A stretch of 64,000 nt of DNA from a virus, in IMG/VR virus record IMGVR_UViG_3300045988_144993; one strand, written 5' to 3'. The position numbers and the translations under genes are program-made. Shown here piece by piece: positions 21,387 through 30,767 of this stretch; the stretch's first letter is position 1, and every line of letters begins with the position of its first letter. A model generated the notes under the pieces. That model was not told where the DNA came from and made no database searches. It saw only the letters and a program-made list of their open reading frames with translations.

Positions 21387-22340
21387 ATGAATACAAACAC
21401 AGTAAAAATCACACCATTATTCCAGAAAGTCGGAATTGATATTATTGAATTTCCTCAACAGGATAAAGCAACGAAATTAAAGAAAGATGGAACACCAAAA
21501 AATATTGTGTGCAACAAAAAGAAAGGCAAGAAATCAGAAGTTTATGCTATTGAAATTCCTGATATTAAGAAGTTAATAGATTTCTTTTATCAAAATGAAA
21601 TGTGGCAACATTATTTGATTTTCGTTTTGTCCTGTAATATGGCTCGCCGTATTGGTGATACACTTACTTTGACTTGGGAGCATTTCTTTAATCCGACAAC
21701 TGGTGCGATGAGAAATGACTTGCTTGAAATCGTAGAGGACAAGACCGACAAGCTCGCAAATCCTCATATCAATTCAGCTTGTAAAAAAGCAATTCTGCTT
21801 TATATTGAAAAAACAGGTATCAATCCTGCCGAAAACAATTATAAGAATTATGTTTTTGTGCAGACCAGCGGAAACTATAAAGGTAGAGTTATTACTGATG
21901 ATGGCTACCGTAAAGGCTTGAAAAAGGCTGCTGTTCAAGTTGGTATTGAGTATAACATTGGAACTCATAGTCCTCGTAAAACTTTTGGTATGATTAGTAG
22001 GATGTTGCATCCAAATGATTATGATAGTATGGAACTCCTTCAGACTATCTATAATCATAGCGATACCAAAACAACAAACCACTATATCGGATTAACAAAG
22101 AAGAAGATTGACACCTACTATGATGATATGGGTTCATTTTTTGATGATTATGTCACAGGTGATAAAACATATATGGAAGTTGCAGAGCAGCCCGTAGTAA
22201 GTATTGATACTAATTCTTTGAGAGATATTATCAAAGAGGCATATAAAGCCGGAGCAGAAAATGCAGATAACACCGACCCTGTTATTCACATTGATGCAAT
22301 CAACAAAATTATCGGTATGATTGAAGGAGTGGCAAAGTAA
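21387..22340 (+). CDS. int: tyrosine site-specific recombinase (phage integrase)
   Basis: ARRIGDTLTLTW (catalytic Arg I), HSPRKTF (HxxR box) and NHYIG (catalytic Tyr). Confidence 0.8.
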   Translation: MNTNTVKITPLFQKVGIDIIEFPQQDKATKLKKDGTPKNIVCNKKKGKKSEVYAIEIPDIKKLIDFFYQNEMWQHYLIFVLSCNMARRIGDTLTLTWEHFFNPTTGAMRNDLLEIVEDKTDKLANPHINSACKKAILLYIEKTGINPAENNYKNYVFVQTSGNYKGRVITDDGYRKGLKKAAVQVGIEYNIGTHSPRKTFGMISRMLHPNDYDSMELLQTIYNHSDTKTTNHYIGLTKKKIDTYYDDMGSFFDDYVTGDKTYMEVAEQPVVSIDTNSLRDIIKEAYKAGAENADNTDPVIHIDAINKIIGMIEGVAK

Positions 22341-22546
22341 TGGATAAAAATGATTATGAAAATCACGAAGTTAAAGCCCAAATTAGAGAATATCTCGGAT
22401 GTATATGTAATGCTTGCCCGGAACTCCGCATAGGGCAAATAATGGTTAATGCAGCAGCAAAGGGTGGATGGACTCAAGGAGATATATTCTATTGTTCTGA
22501 TGAAATTCTATTAAAGGGTTTGGAAATTTTATGGGATGAGGTGTAA
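22340..22546 (+). CDS. hypothetical protein
   Basis: Its start overlaps the integrase stop (TAATG). Confidence 0.5.
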   Translation: MDKNDYENHEVKAQIREYLGCICNACPELRIGQIMVNAAAKGGWTQGDIFYCSDEILLKGLEILWDEV

Positions 22547-22548
22547 AT

Positions 22549-22953
22549 ATGATTTATATTCTTATTCATAAGACTGTGAATAATGAAATATCAAGACATT
22601 TCGCAGTTAATAAAGAAGCTCAAAACCTTATGTGGAATGAATACGATGAAGTTCGTAAAAATTCTATTGATAAGGTATCTGGCAATCGTGGTGGTGATTG
22701 GTGTGAGATTATATATTCCGATAAGTCAAAGGAAACTTGGAGCATATACCCTGTTGACATTCCAAAGACAGAGGAAATCTGTGTAACTTATAAGACAAGA
22801 ACAGACATTGTATATTTCATCACTAAAAAAGAACTTACCGTTGATAATTTCTTCATATATCAATATGATATAAACAAAAGTGAAACAATTAAACTTGGTA
22901 AAAGTAATAATCCCATTTTACTGGAGCAGAAGTATATAAAAAATATTTCTTAA
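22549..22953 (+). CDS. hypothetical protein
   Basis: ORF. Confidence 0.5.
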   Translation: MIYILIHKTVNNEISRHFAVNKEAQNLMWNEYDEVRKNSIDKVSGNRGGDWCEIIYSDKSKETWSIYPVDIPKTEEICVTYKTRTDIVYFITKKELTVDNFFIYQYDINKSETIKLGKSNNPILLEQKYIKNIS

Positions 22954-22979
22954 TTTTAGAAATAATATTGAGAAAACTA

Positions 22980-23030
22980 TTGACAAACAACACACCTTAT
23001 GTTACAATCATTATAGTAACAGATTTACTA
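22980..23030 (+). promoter_or_regulatory. promoter with upstream element and palindromic operator, upstream of the mazF-like gene
   Basis: Upstream element TTAGAAATAATATTGAGAAA at 22956. TTGACA at 22980 and extended -10 TACAAT at 23003. Palindrome TAGTAACAGATTTACTA at 23014-23030. Confidence 0.55.
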
Positions 23031-23157
23031 TAATTTATGGGCTGGAAGGAGCATTAAAAGATAGGAATTATAAGTCCACACATAATTACACACATATTAT
23101 AATAAAGTTAATCCAGCCTATGAAGTTACATATTAAAGCCATAAGGTGGTATGGATT

Positions 23158-23541
23158 ATGCTTAATAAGACTAACTTAAATGAATACCCACGCTGCGGCG
23201 AAATTTGGATGTGCTATCTGACTTCTAAAGATGGTAGTATTCAGAGTGGATATAGACCTGTTTTTATTCTCTCTAATGACAAAAACAATACATATAGCAC
23301 TACACTTAACATAATTCCGTTGACTTCTAAAATGAATAAAAGAAAGTTGCCGGTACACGTTGAGTTGTGGAGTTATCAAAAGTATGGACTCAAGACACCG
23401 AGTACATTGCTTGTAGAACAGATTACAACAATTACTATTGAATGTCTTGATAAATGTATTGGAAAAGTAAGCGATAAAGAAACATTATGTAATATTAGTA
23501 ATGCTATCGCTATTCAATTTCCTGTGCTGGTAACAGTTTAA
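23158..23541 (+). CDS. MazF/PemK-family endoribonuclease toxin
   Basis: GEIW...RPVFILSND...IIPLTS...LLVEQITTI. No antitoxin ORF is apparent nearby. Confidence 0.7.
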   Translation: MLNKTNLNEYPRCGEIWMCYLTSKDGSIQSGYRPVFILSNDKNNTYSTTLNIIPLTSKMNKRKLPVHVELWSYQKYGLKTPSTLLVEQITTITIECLDKCIGKVSDKETLCNISNAIAIQFPVLVTV

Positions 23542-23559
23542 AAACACTATTGAAAAGTC

Positions 23560-23588
23560 TTGACAGATAACTCTTAACTTGCTATAAT
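23560..23588 (+). promoter_or_regulatory. sigma-A-type promoter: TTGACA-N17-TGcTATAAT
   Basis: Sequence match to the shared promoter architecture. Confidence 0.55.
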
Positions 23589-23620
23589 TAAATTGTCATA
23601 ATATTAAGAGGTGTGTAATT

Positions 23621-24610
23621 ATGGGCAAAATTTCTACTAAACAGTTAATAAGCAGATACTTCAAAAGCATTGAAGGAACTCCGGCAGAAAAGCAAAGAGC
23701 AATTATTGATAAGACTGAATTATATGATTATGAGGAAAAAATCGGCAAAGAACTTATTGATATGGATGTTGATGATTTGTTTGGATTGATTAACGAGCTT
23801 AACAATAAGAAAAATGGTAAGGATATACCTTTTATGACGGCTCATTATTCATTCGACCATTTAACCGTATTATTGCGAGCAATCTTCAACTTCTACATTG
23901 ATACGGTTGAGCCTATCAAGAATCCTTTATATGATAAAAGAATGAAAGGCAAAGAAGCAACTAAAAGATTGGCACAAGGCAAAGAAACTCTTCGTTTTGA
24001 TTATGTTCAAAGTATTATAAATAAAGTTCATAATGATACAACCGAAGATAGAGCAGACTATGTTGAACTTATAATGTTGCTGTATTATTCAGGATTTGAA
24101 AATGCCGAAGAAATTGCTACATTCAAAGGTAGTGCAATCAATCATAGAAACAGGACTGTTGCAATGACAGGCAGAACAGTTCAGCTTACAGATAGATGCT
24201 ATGAATTATTACAAAAATTTGAAGGCATTGATGAATTAGTCGAATGGAGAACATACTACTTAACAACATATAGAGGCGGATATTTTAAGTTTATTGTTCA
24301 AGAAAAACAACTTGCCGAATTTGACGATAGAGATATAAGGTCTATATGTAATATGATTAACAGACAGATTTCTGTATATGTTAATCAGCCATATAATACC
24401 AAAATTAACTTTAGCATTCTCTATTGGCTCGGTTTTTATGATTCAATCGTTAAAAAGTACGGCGAAGAAGAAACTAATAGAATGTTGCTTTCATTCCGTA
24501 ATTCAGATGATGTAACAAAATTGATGAATTGCGCCAGAGATTATGGAGTAAAGGTTGATAATATTTCACACCTTAAAAGATTTTTAAGACCTTTTGTAAA
24601 AGTTGATTAA
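23621..24610 (+). CDS. hypothetical protein, possibly a degenerate integrase-like fold
   Basis: The segment LLYYSGFENAEEI..INHRNRTV resembles the core of a recombinase, but the catalytic residues are not evident. Confidence 0.4.
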   Translation: MGKISTKQLISRYFKSIEGTPAEKQRAIIDKTELYDYEEKIGKELIDMDVDDLFGLINELNNKKNGKDIPFMTAHYSFDHLTVLLRAIFNFYIDTVEPIKNPLYDKRMKGKEATKRLAQGKETLRFDYVQSIINKVHNDTTEDRADYVELIMLLYYSGFENAEEIATFKGSAINHRNRTVAMTGRTVQLTDRCYELLQKFEGIDELVEWRTYYLTTYRGGYFKFIVQEKQLAEFDDRDIRSICNMINRQISVYVNQPYNTKINFSILYWLGFYDSIVKKYGEEETNRMLLSFRNSDDVTKLMNCARDYGVKVDNISHLKRFLRPFVKVD

Positions 24611-24707
24611 CAGGAAATATAGGCTGTTTCGGCAGCCTATATAAAAATCCTTTTAGAAATAATATTGAGAAACACTAAATACAATATCAAGAAAGCAGGA
24701 GATTAAA

Positions 24708-25352
24708 ATGGGTGTTTATGTCTTAACAGATGGGCAAGGAAACTATATCCGAAAAGACAATTTAACAGGAAGATATGTACCTGTCCGAAGTTTTAAACAG
24801 GCACAACAATGGGATAGCCAAGTAAAAGCTCATTCTGTTTTGAATAACTCATTAGCAAAGTCAATTAGAAATAATTATGCCGTGCAACTTATTGACACAG
24901 AAAACATTATCGAGAAAGACGATATGAGTAAACAAAAGGAACTTTGTTTTCGTGCCATTGATGATGGCAATATTGATGATTGGCGTGAAAAAGTTAATAC
25001 AATTATGAATGTATTATCTGGTTCTGATACAAGGAAAGATGAACTCGTAGCCAAGTTAAGTGAAATCGACAAAGAAATTGTTGATATTCAACATTACATA
25101 GAATTTGGAAAATTCAACTGCTATCAAGGGTGGATGTGTTTCAAAATGTTGCAAAATACTTTGCAGCAGAGAAGAAAATATAAAAATGAAATTGCAGTAT
25201 TAAATTTGATAAAGCAATGTAAATTTGATAAATCGTCTCTCGAGGCTCTGTCAACTACAATAGCAGATATTCAAAATAAATGTTATAGACCAAGAGCATT
25301 CCCGGAATTGTTCAGAGGGAACGAAAGAAATCAGAATGAAAAAGAAAATTAA
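24708..25352 (+). CDS. hypothetical protein
   Basis: ORF with ribosome-binding site AGGAGAT. Confidence 0.55.
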   Translation: MGVYVLTDGQGNYIRKDNLTGRYVPVRSFKQAQQWDSQVKAHSVLNNSLAKSIRNNYAVQLIDTENIIEKDDMSKQKELCFRAIDDGNIDDWREKVNTIMNVLSGSDTRKDELVAKLSEIDKEIVDIQHYIEFGKFNCYQGWMCFKMLQNTLQQRRKYKNEIAVLNLIKQCKFDKSSLEALSTTIADIQNKCYRPRAFPELFRGNERNQNEKEN

Positions 25353-25483
25353 GTTATGGCTTTACTATAATAAACCGAGAATTTATAATCTTCCACAGGT
25401 TGTTTACATAGTGTGGAGAAATAAAGAATACATAATTGAAAAATATAATACAAATCGATTTAGGTTTTAATTGGAGTATAAAT

Positions 25484-26080
25484 ATGGCAACAGAAAGAAA
25501 ATACTCAACAGGAGATAGGGTTAAAGTAACAAGTGGCTGTTTAACTTCTGGCAAAATTGGAACTGTAACTGGTTATTGTAACTGTTATAACAATGTGGTA
25601 GTAGTCCATCTCGACTGTGGATATTCGAGAAATTATAATGAACTTTCATTAACGTTAATAGAAAAATATAAAGGAGAACAGATTATGGCACTCACAGGAA
25701 ATTTCAAAATTGCAACAGTTAATTTTATTCAGGGTTATAACACAAATAGGAAATATGGCTTTGCATTATTTGATGATGAAATCAAGGAAGGTGACATTGT
25801 TCTGTGTGATTCTGACAATGGTTATAATATAGCAAAGGTTGTCGGAATTATGACACAGGAAGAATATGGCAAATTAGTAACAAAAGAAATTGTTTGCAAA
25901 TGTGATTTTGCACCTTTTGAAAAGAGAAAGGCAATCAGGAAGCAAAAAGTGGAAATTAAGAAGAAACTTGATAAAGCCGTAAAGGAAAATCAGGATTTAA
26001 TTCTTTATAAGACTATCGCACAGAATAATCCTGATGTTGCAGCACTTCTTGCCGAATATGAAGCTCTTACTTCGGAATAA
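25484..26080 (+). CDS. hypothetical protein
   Basis: Start trimmed to the ATG after ribosome-binding site TGGAGTA. Confidence 0.5.
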   Translation: MATERKYSTGDRVKVTSGCLTSGKIGTVTGYCNCYNNVVVVHLDCGYSRNYNELSLTLIEKYKGEQIMALTGNFKIATVNFIQGYNTNRKYGFALFDDEIKEGDIVLCDSDNGYNIAKVVGIMTQEEYGKLVTKEIVCKCDFAPFEKRKAIRKQKVEIKKKLDKAVKENQDLILYKTIAQNNPDVAALLAEYEALTSE

Positions 26081-26174
26081 TGTGAATAAAACCCGTCTTT
26101 TATTGTCATAATTACTACAATATATAGTAATTATGTAAAAAGTTAAACACTATATATAGAAAGAGAACGATAAA

Positions 26175-26555
26175 ATGTTATATGAAGAAATGCGATTGCG
26201 AAAGACTGGCGAAACTGTAAGAGTATATGCTATTGCCCCTTCGGAAAATATAGCAACTATATTCTCTACTTCTCAATATACTAAAACAAATAATGGATGG
26301 CAGAAAATTAAGCTATCCCAGTTAGTTCCGATGGATTTTCCTATTAACAATAAAGATTATATTTCTAAAACAAAGAAGAACAAAGCGAAAGATAGAATGA
26401 AATTGATTGAAGCTACTTGGCAAACCAGTGACGGAAATCTTTGGAATCATTCTGACATTGATTCAGCAGTGGAACACGAACTTTTTCTTATGAGTTTAGA
26501 GGAAGTTTGTCTTTACTCCGATGGCAATAAGGAAAATATAGGAGGTCAAATATGA
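26175..26555 (+). CDS. hypothetical protein
   Basis: ORF with ribosome-binding site AAGAGAA. Confidence 0.5.
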   Translation: MLYEEMRLRKTGETVRVYAIAPSENIATIFSTSQYTKTNNGWQKIKLSQLVPMDFPINNKDYISKTKKNKAKDRMKLIEATWQTSDGNLWNHSDIDSAVEHELFLMSLEEVCLYSDGNKENIGGQI

Positions 26556-27616
26556 TTAAGTTTATTGATAAAAAGAATAGATTTGTTGAAATGTTTGACA
26601 AGAATACAGGTTTTTATGTTAGAAGTGGAGTTATGGGAGAATATGGAAAAGATACCGGTGTTGACCCATTTATGAGATGCTTTCCAGCACTTATTGATGT
26701 TGGTATTATGAATAAATGTGTTTGCGCTCATAAGTGTAATGTTGACTGTTATCAGAGAGCCATCGACCGTCACGGAGATAATATGTCTCTTGAAGATTAT
26801 AAGTCAATCCTTGAACAGTGTAAAGGCAAAACATTTCAGTATGCTTTGGGTGGAGCAGGAGACCCTGATACACACGAAAATTTCAAGGAAATTCTTGAAT
26901 TATCAAAAGAGTATGGTATCATACCAAACTTCACAACATCAGGAATTATGATGACAGAAGAAAAAGCAAAACTTTGTAAAGAATATTGTGGAGCAGTTGC
27001 CGTATCAGAACATTTTGCTGATTATACAAGAAAAGCTATTGATATGCTTTTGTCTGCCGGAGTAAAGACAAATATTCATTATGTTCTTGGTTCTGATTCT
27101 ATCGACTATGCTATTGAGCGGTTGAAGAACGGTGGGTTTGATAAAAGGATAAATGCTGTTGTATTTCTTCTTTACAAGCCCATTGGTCTCGGAAGAAAAG
27201 AAAATATTTTAACAATGGATAATCCAAAAGTCAAAGAATTTTTTGAATTAGTTGATACAGGTAATTATCCTCATAAGATAGGCTTTGATTCTTGCTCGTG
27301 TGGTGGAATTGTAAACTTTTCACAGCATATTGATATGAACAGTATCGACTTCTGTGAGGGTGGCAGGTATTCAATGTATATTGATTCCGATATGAATGCT
27401 ATGCCTTGTTCATTTGGTAATCAGGATAGTAAGTATTTCGTGAGTCTGCGTAAATATTCTATTGAAGAAGCGTGGGAGAGTGAAATATTTAATCAATTCA
27501 GAAATTCTCTCAATCATTCTTGCCCTAACTGTAAAGATAGAGCAATGTGTGGCGGTGGTTGCCCCATTTGTCGAGATATTGTTTTATGTGACAGAAAGGA
27601 AAAACATTTACTATAA
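26552..27616 (+). CDS. radical SAM enzyme with a C-terminal SPASM domain
   Basis: N-terminal cysteine cluster CVCAHKCNVDC, which is not the canonical spacing. GGAGDP SAM-binding motif. C-terminal SPASM-type cluster CPNCKDRAMCGGGCPIC. Confidence 0.65.
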   Translation: MIKFIDKKNRFVEMFDKNTGFYVRSGVMGEYGKDTGVDPFMRCFPALIDVGIMNKCVCAHKCNVDCYQRAIDRHGDNMSLEDYKSILEQCKGKTFQYALGGAGDPDTHENFKEILELSKEYGIIPNFTTSGIMMTEEKAKLCKEYCGAVAVSEHFADYTRKAIDMLLSAGVKTNIHYVLGSDSIDYAIERLKNGGFDKRINAVVFLLYKPIGLGRKENILTMDNPKVKEFFELVDTGNYPHKIGFDSCSCGGIVNFSQHIDMNSIDFCEGGRYSMYIDSDMNAMPCSFGNQDSKYFVSLRKYSIEEAWESEIFNQFRNSLNHSCPNCKDRAMCGGGCPICRDIVLCDRKEKHLL

Positions 27617-28044
27617 TGAAAATTAGAACAGATTTTGTAACAAACAGTTCAAGTAGTAGTTATGTTATTGCTTATAAAAAAATACCAGAGATTGATGAAG
27701 AAACCTTAAAACGCTATCCATTTTTGAAAGCATATCAGAGGGCTATTGACGGTATTATTACCTGTGAAAGTAATGATACCTCTGCTGCGACTGTAATTAA
27801 AACCAAAGAAGAATATGATAAGTATTTTGTTGAGAGATATGGTTGGAAAAGGGAATTTACCCTTGAAGATATTTTTAAAGATGATGAATACGCAAAAGAA
27901 ATTTATGATAAAGTTTTAGAATATTTTAATAAGGGATATGCTATTTTATGTAAAAACATCGACCATAATGATGATGGGTTAATGTCTCTTATTGATGCCA
28001 TTGCAAAAGATAATGAAGATTTCATTATATTAGAGGATGAATAG
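27616..28044 (+). CDS. paralog A of a three-gene family with N-terminus MKxRxDFVTNSSSSS
   Basis: N-terminus MKIRTDFVTNSSSSSYVIAY. The rest of the protein is acidic and diverged from its paralogs. Confidence 0.6.
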   Translation: MKIRTDFVTNSSSSSYVIAYKKIPEIDEETLKRYPFLKAYQRAIDGIITCESNDTSAATVIKTKEEYDKYFVERYGWKREFTLEDIFKDDEYAKEIYDKVLEYFNKGYAILCKNIDHNDDGLMSLIDAIAKDNEDFIILEDE

Positions 28045-28046
28045 TT

Positions 28047-28517
28047 ATGAAAGTAAGAAATGATTTTGTTACTAACAGTAGTAGCAGTAGTTTTATTCTT
28101 GGTTTTACTTCAAAAGACAAGATTGAAGAAGAATTATTAGAGGGTACTGCATCTGATTTGTTAAAAGATGTGGTATTAAAAGATGTTCTTGAGACTGAAC
28201 AATTTGACGAAAAAGAGGTCGAAAATAGAATAAGAGAAGAAATGAAATATACTGCTATTTGGCGTATTAAAGAATTATATATGAGAAGAACTGGATGTTC
28301 ACTTCAAGATGCAAGCGACTATGTAAATACCGATGATGGTAAAAAGGAAGTCGAACAGTATATTGATAATATCGTCAATGATGCAGCTCAAAAGATTTTT
28401 GAAAATGAAAAATGTGTATTTGTTGAAATATCTTATTCTGATGATTATAACTTTGAATTAGAAAATTACATTATGCCCTTTATTCCTGCGAACATTATTA
28501 CATTTAATCATCATTAA
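28047..28517 (+). CDS. paralog B of the same family
   Basis: N-terminus MKVRNDFVTNSSSSSFILGF. Confidence 0.6.
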   Translation: MKVRNDFVTNSSSSSFILGFTSKDKIEEELLEGTASDLLKDVVLKDVLETEQFDEKEVENRIREEMKYTAIWRIKELYMRRTGCSLQDASDYVNTDDGKKEVEQYIDNIVNDAAQKIFENEKCVFVEISYSDDYNFELENYIMPFIPANIITFNHH

Positions 28518-28528
28518 GGAGACAATAG

Positions 28529-29095
28529 ATGAAATATAGAAAAGATTTTGTAACGAACAGTAGTAGTTCGAGTTACATATGTGAAATATGTGGAAATTGT
28601 GAAAGCGGATATGATGTTGGGTTAAGTGAATTCGGAATGAGTGAATGTGTGAATGGTCATATATTTTGTGATGAACATAAACTCTCTATCACTGAAACAA
28701 AAGAGGATTTAATTAAATCAATTCTTGAAAATGAATATAATCATTCAACAGAAGAAGAACTCAATGATATGGATATTGAAGAATTATTCAATAAAAAATA
28801 TGATGGTGGTCATTATGAAATACCTGAATATATGTGTCCTATATGTCAATTCATTGAGTATAGTGAATCCGACCTTGCACAATATCTCTTAAAAGCATAT
28901 CAAGTATCGAGAGATACTGTATTTGCCGAGGTTAAGAAATTCAACAAGAGAAGAAAGAAGTTATATGACAGCGAATACATTACCTATGTTTGTCAACAGT
29001 ATAATCTCATTCCGGCTGAAATTGTTTCAAGTTGGAAAGAGAAATTTGGAACATACGATAATTTCATAACATATCTGAATTCTCACGAAAATTAG
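28529..29095 (+). CDS. paralog C of the same family
   Basis: N-terminus MKYRKDFVTNSSSSSYICEICGNC, with additional Cys pairs. Confidence 0.6.
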   Translation: MKYRKDFVTNSSSSSYICEICGNCESGYDVGLSEFGMSECVNGHIFCDEHKLSITETKEDLIKSILENEYNHSTEEELNDMDIEELFNKKYDGGHYEIPEYMCPICQFIEYSESDLAQYLLKAYQVSRDTVFAEVKKFNKRRKKLYDSEYITYVCQQYNLIPAEIVSSWKEKFGTYDNFITYLNSHEN

Positions 29096-29124
29096 AAATA
29101 ATTTTGACTTTTTTCAAAAATGTT

Positions 29125-29154
29125 ATTGACAAATGGAGATATGTATGCTATTAT
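29125..29154 (+). promoter_or_regulatory. sigma-A-type promoter with partial upstream element
   Basis: TTGACA at 29125, 18-nt spacer, TATTAT at 29149. Upstream element TTAGAAATAATTTTGA at 29095. Confidence 0.45.
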
Positions 29155-29206
29155 ATGAGTACAATAAAAACCGTATTGAGAAATACGCAAAAGAGAGGTT
29201 AATAAA

Positions 29207-29815
29207 ATGAAAGTTAATATTACAAACAACATTTCTAATGTAAATGTTACAGTCAATCAGAATGATGATGGCTCACTTGCTATTCTTTTTTTTGAAAAGA
29301 CAGGCAAAAAGCTCGGTGATTTTAAGCCCGGTGAAACTGTAAAGCTCGGCAAACGTGAATATATTATTCTTGGTCACGGAGCAGAAACAACGGCAGTTGT
29401 GACAAAAGATATTTCAAAGGAAATGGAGTTCGGCAAGAGCTGGGATTATTCAAAAAGTTATGTTCGTGATTACTGTAATGGAGATTTCTATAATGAACTT
29501 GCAGAAGTAGTCGGCAAGAACAATATTGTTCCTCACAGAGTAAACCTCACCTGTGACGATGGCTCAAACAAAGGTGTAACTTGTAAGGATAATGTTTCTA
29601 TTCTCACAACTGAAAATTATCGCCGTTATCGTGAATATCTCCCTGCACTCGGCAAACCTTGTTGGACTGCAACAGGTGTTACTACACTTGATAAGGATTA
29701 TGCTCGTTTCGTTTGCTATGTCTATTCCGGCGGCGTTCTTGGCTGGCGTGGTTGTGACTTTGCCTGTGGTGTGCGCCCGTTTTGTATCTTGAATTCTTCA
29801 ATTCTTGTATCTTGA
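29207..29815 (+). CDS. hypothetical protein, paralog of 62546-63187
   Basis: Shares the blocks LKPGE..KLG, GKNNI and C.D.VS.LT, and a C-terminal W.GC...CGVRPF motif, with the distal paralog. Confidence 0.6.
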   Translation: MKVNITNNISNVNVTVNQNDDGSLAILFFEKTGKKLGDFKPGETVKLGKREYIILGHGAETTAVVTKDISKEMEFGKSWDYSKSYVRDYCNGDFYNELAEVVGKNNIVPHRVNLTCDDGSNKGVTCKDNVSILTTENYRRYREYLPALGKPCWTATGVTTLDKDYARFVCYVYSGGVLGWRGCDFACGVRPFCILNSSILVS

Positions 29816-29935
29816 ATTGACTTCAAATGAGTGAAGAAACTAAATTTCTAATAGGCGAAAAAGCGGAAATACTATATACAGAGGTTTTTGACTTGACAAC
29901 AAATAGACAACATTATCCTGTTAAGTTTCGCAGAC

Positions 29936-30703
29936 TTGCCGACAAATAACAAGAATATGCACTCTAATGATAAAGAGTATCTAAAAGAATGTCTTATTAA
30001 AACCAAAGAGTATTTAGCTAACTTAAAATTAACGCTTAATAACAAGACTGAAATTGTTCCTATGAGTAAAGGCATTAGATTTCTTGGCTTTCATACATAT
30101 TTGACCGAGCAAGGTAATGTTATAAGAAAACTAAATGGAGATAACAAAAGGCAAGTTAAAAAGCGTTTAAGAAAGTACGCAAAGTTAGTAGCACAAGGAA
30201 GAATGAAGCGAGAAAAGTTCAATGAGATTTACTGTTCTTGGCGGAATCACGCATCTCACGGTAACTGTTTCAAGTTGATTTATGAAATGGATTTGTTTGT
30301 GGAAAATTTATTTAATGAAGAAAAACCTGAAATAAGGGTTATTATTGCCGGTAGTAGAGACTTTAATAACTACGAACTATTGGAAAAGTACCTTAATAAA
30401 TTCGTCAAAGAACACCCTAATAATAAGATAGCTATTATAAGCGGTGCTGCTCGTGGTACAGACCAACTCGGAGAAAGATATGCCAGAGAAAAGTGCATAT
30501 TATTAAAGAGGTTTCCGGCAAATTGGGAACAATTCGGTAAAAGGGCAGGTTATATTAGAAACATTCAAATGCTCGACTATATAGATGCATCTACCTGCGA
30601 TTCATATGTGTTTGCATTTTGGGATGGAAAGAGTAAAGGAACAAAACAAATGATTGATAGTGCTAAAAAACGAAATATACCGTATCAAATTGTAGCATTT
30701 TAA
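29936..30703 (+). CDS. fusion of a reverse-transcriptase fragment (post-YADD, thumb-like) with a DUF2493/SLOG-like domain
   Basis: N-terminal ~120 aa (..GIRFLGFHTY...YCSWRNHASHG) resemble the motif 6-7/thumb region of group-II-intron or retron reverse transcriptases; the fingers and palm are missing. The C-terminus (IIAGSRDF..ISGAARGTD..FWDGKSKGT) matches the SLOG fold. The tracked ORF uses a TTG start. Confidence 0.5.
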   Translation: MPTNNKNMHSNDKEYLKECLIKTKEYLANLKLTLNNKTEIVPMSKGIRFLGFHTYLTEQGNVIRKLNGDNKRQVKKRLRKYAKLVAQGRMKREKFNEIYCSWRNHASHGNCFKLIYEMDLFVENLFNEEKPEIRVIIAGSRDFNNYELLEKYLNKFVKEHPNNKIAIISGAARGTDQLGERYAREKCILLKRFPANWEQFGKRAGYIRNIQMLDYIDASTCDSYVFAFWDGKSKGTKQMIDSAKKRNIPYQIVAF

Positions 30704-30738
30704 TCTTAAAAAAAATAAAAATAATTTCGCAAAACCTC

Positions 30739-30767
30739 TTGACAAACATCTAAATATATGATATAGT
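30739..30767 (+). promoter_or_regulatory. sigma-A-type promoter: TTGACA-N17-TGaTATAGT
   Basis: Sequence match. It would drive the ~380-nt ORF-free segment before the flotillin gene. Confidence 0.5.
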
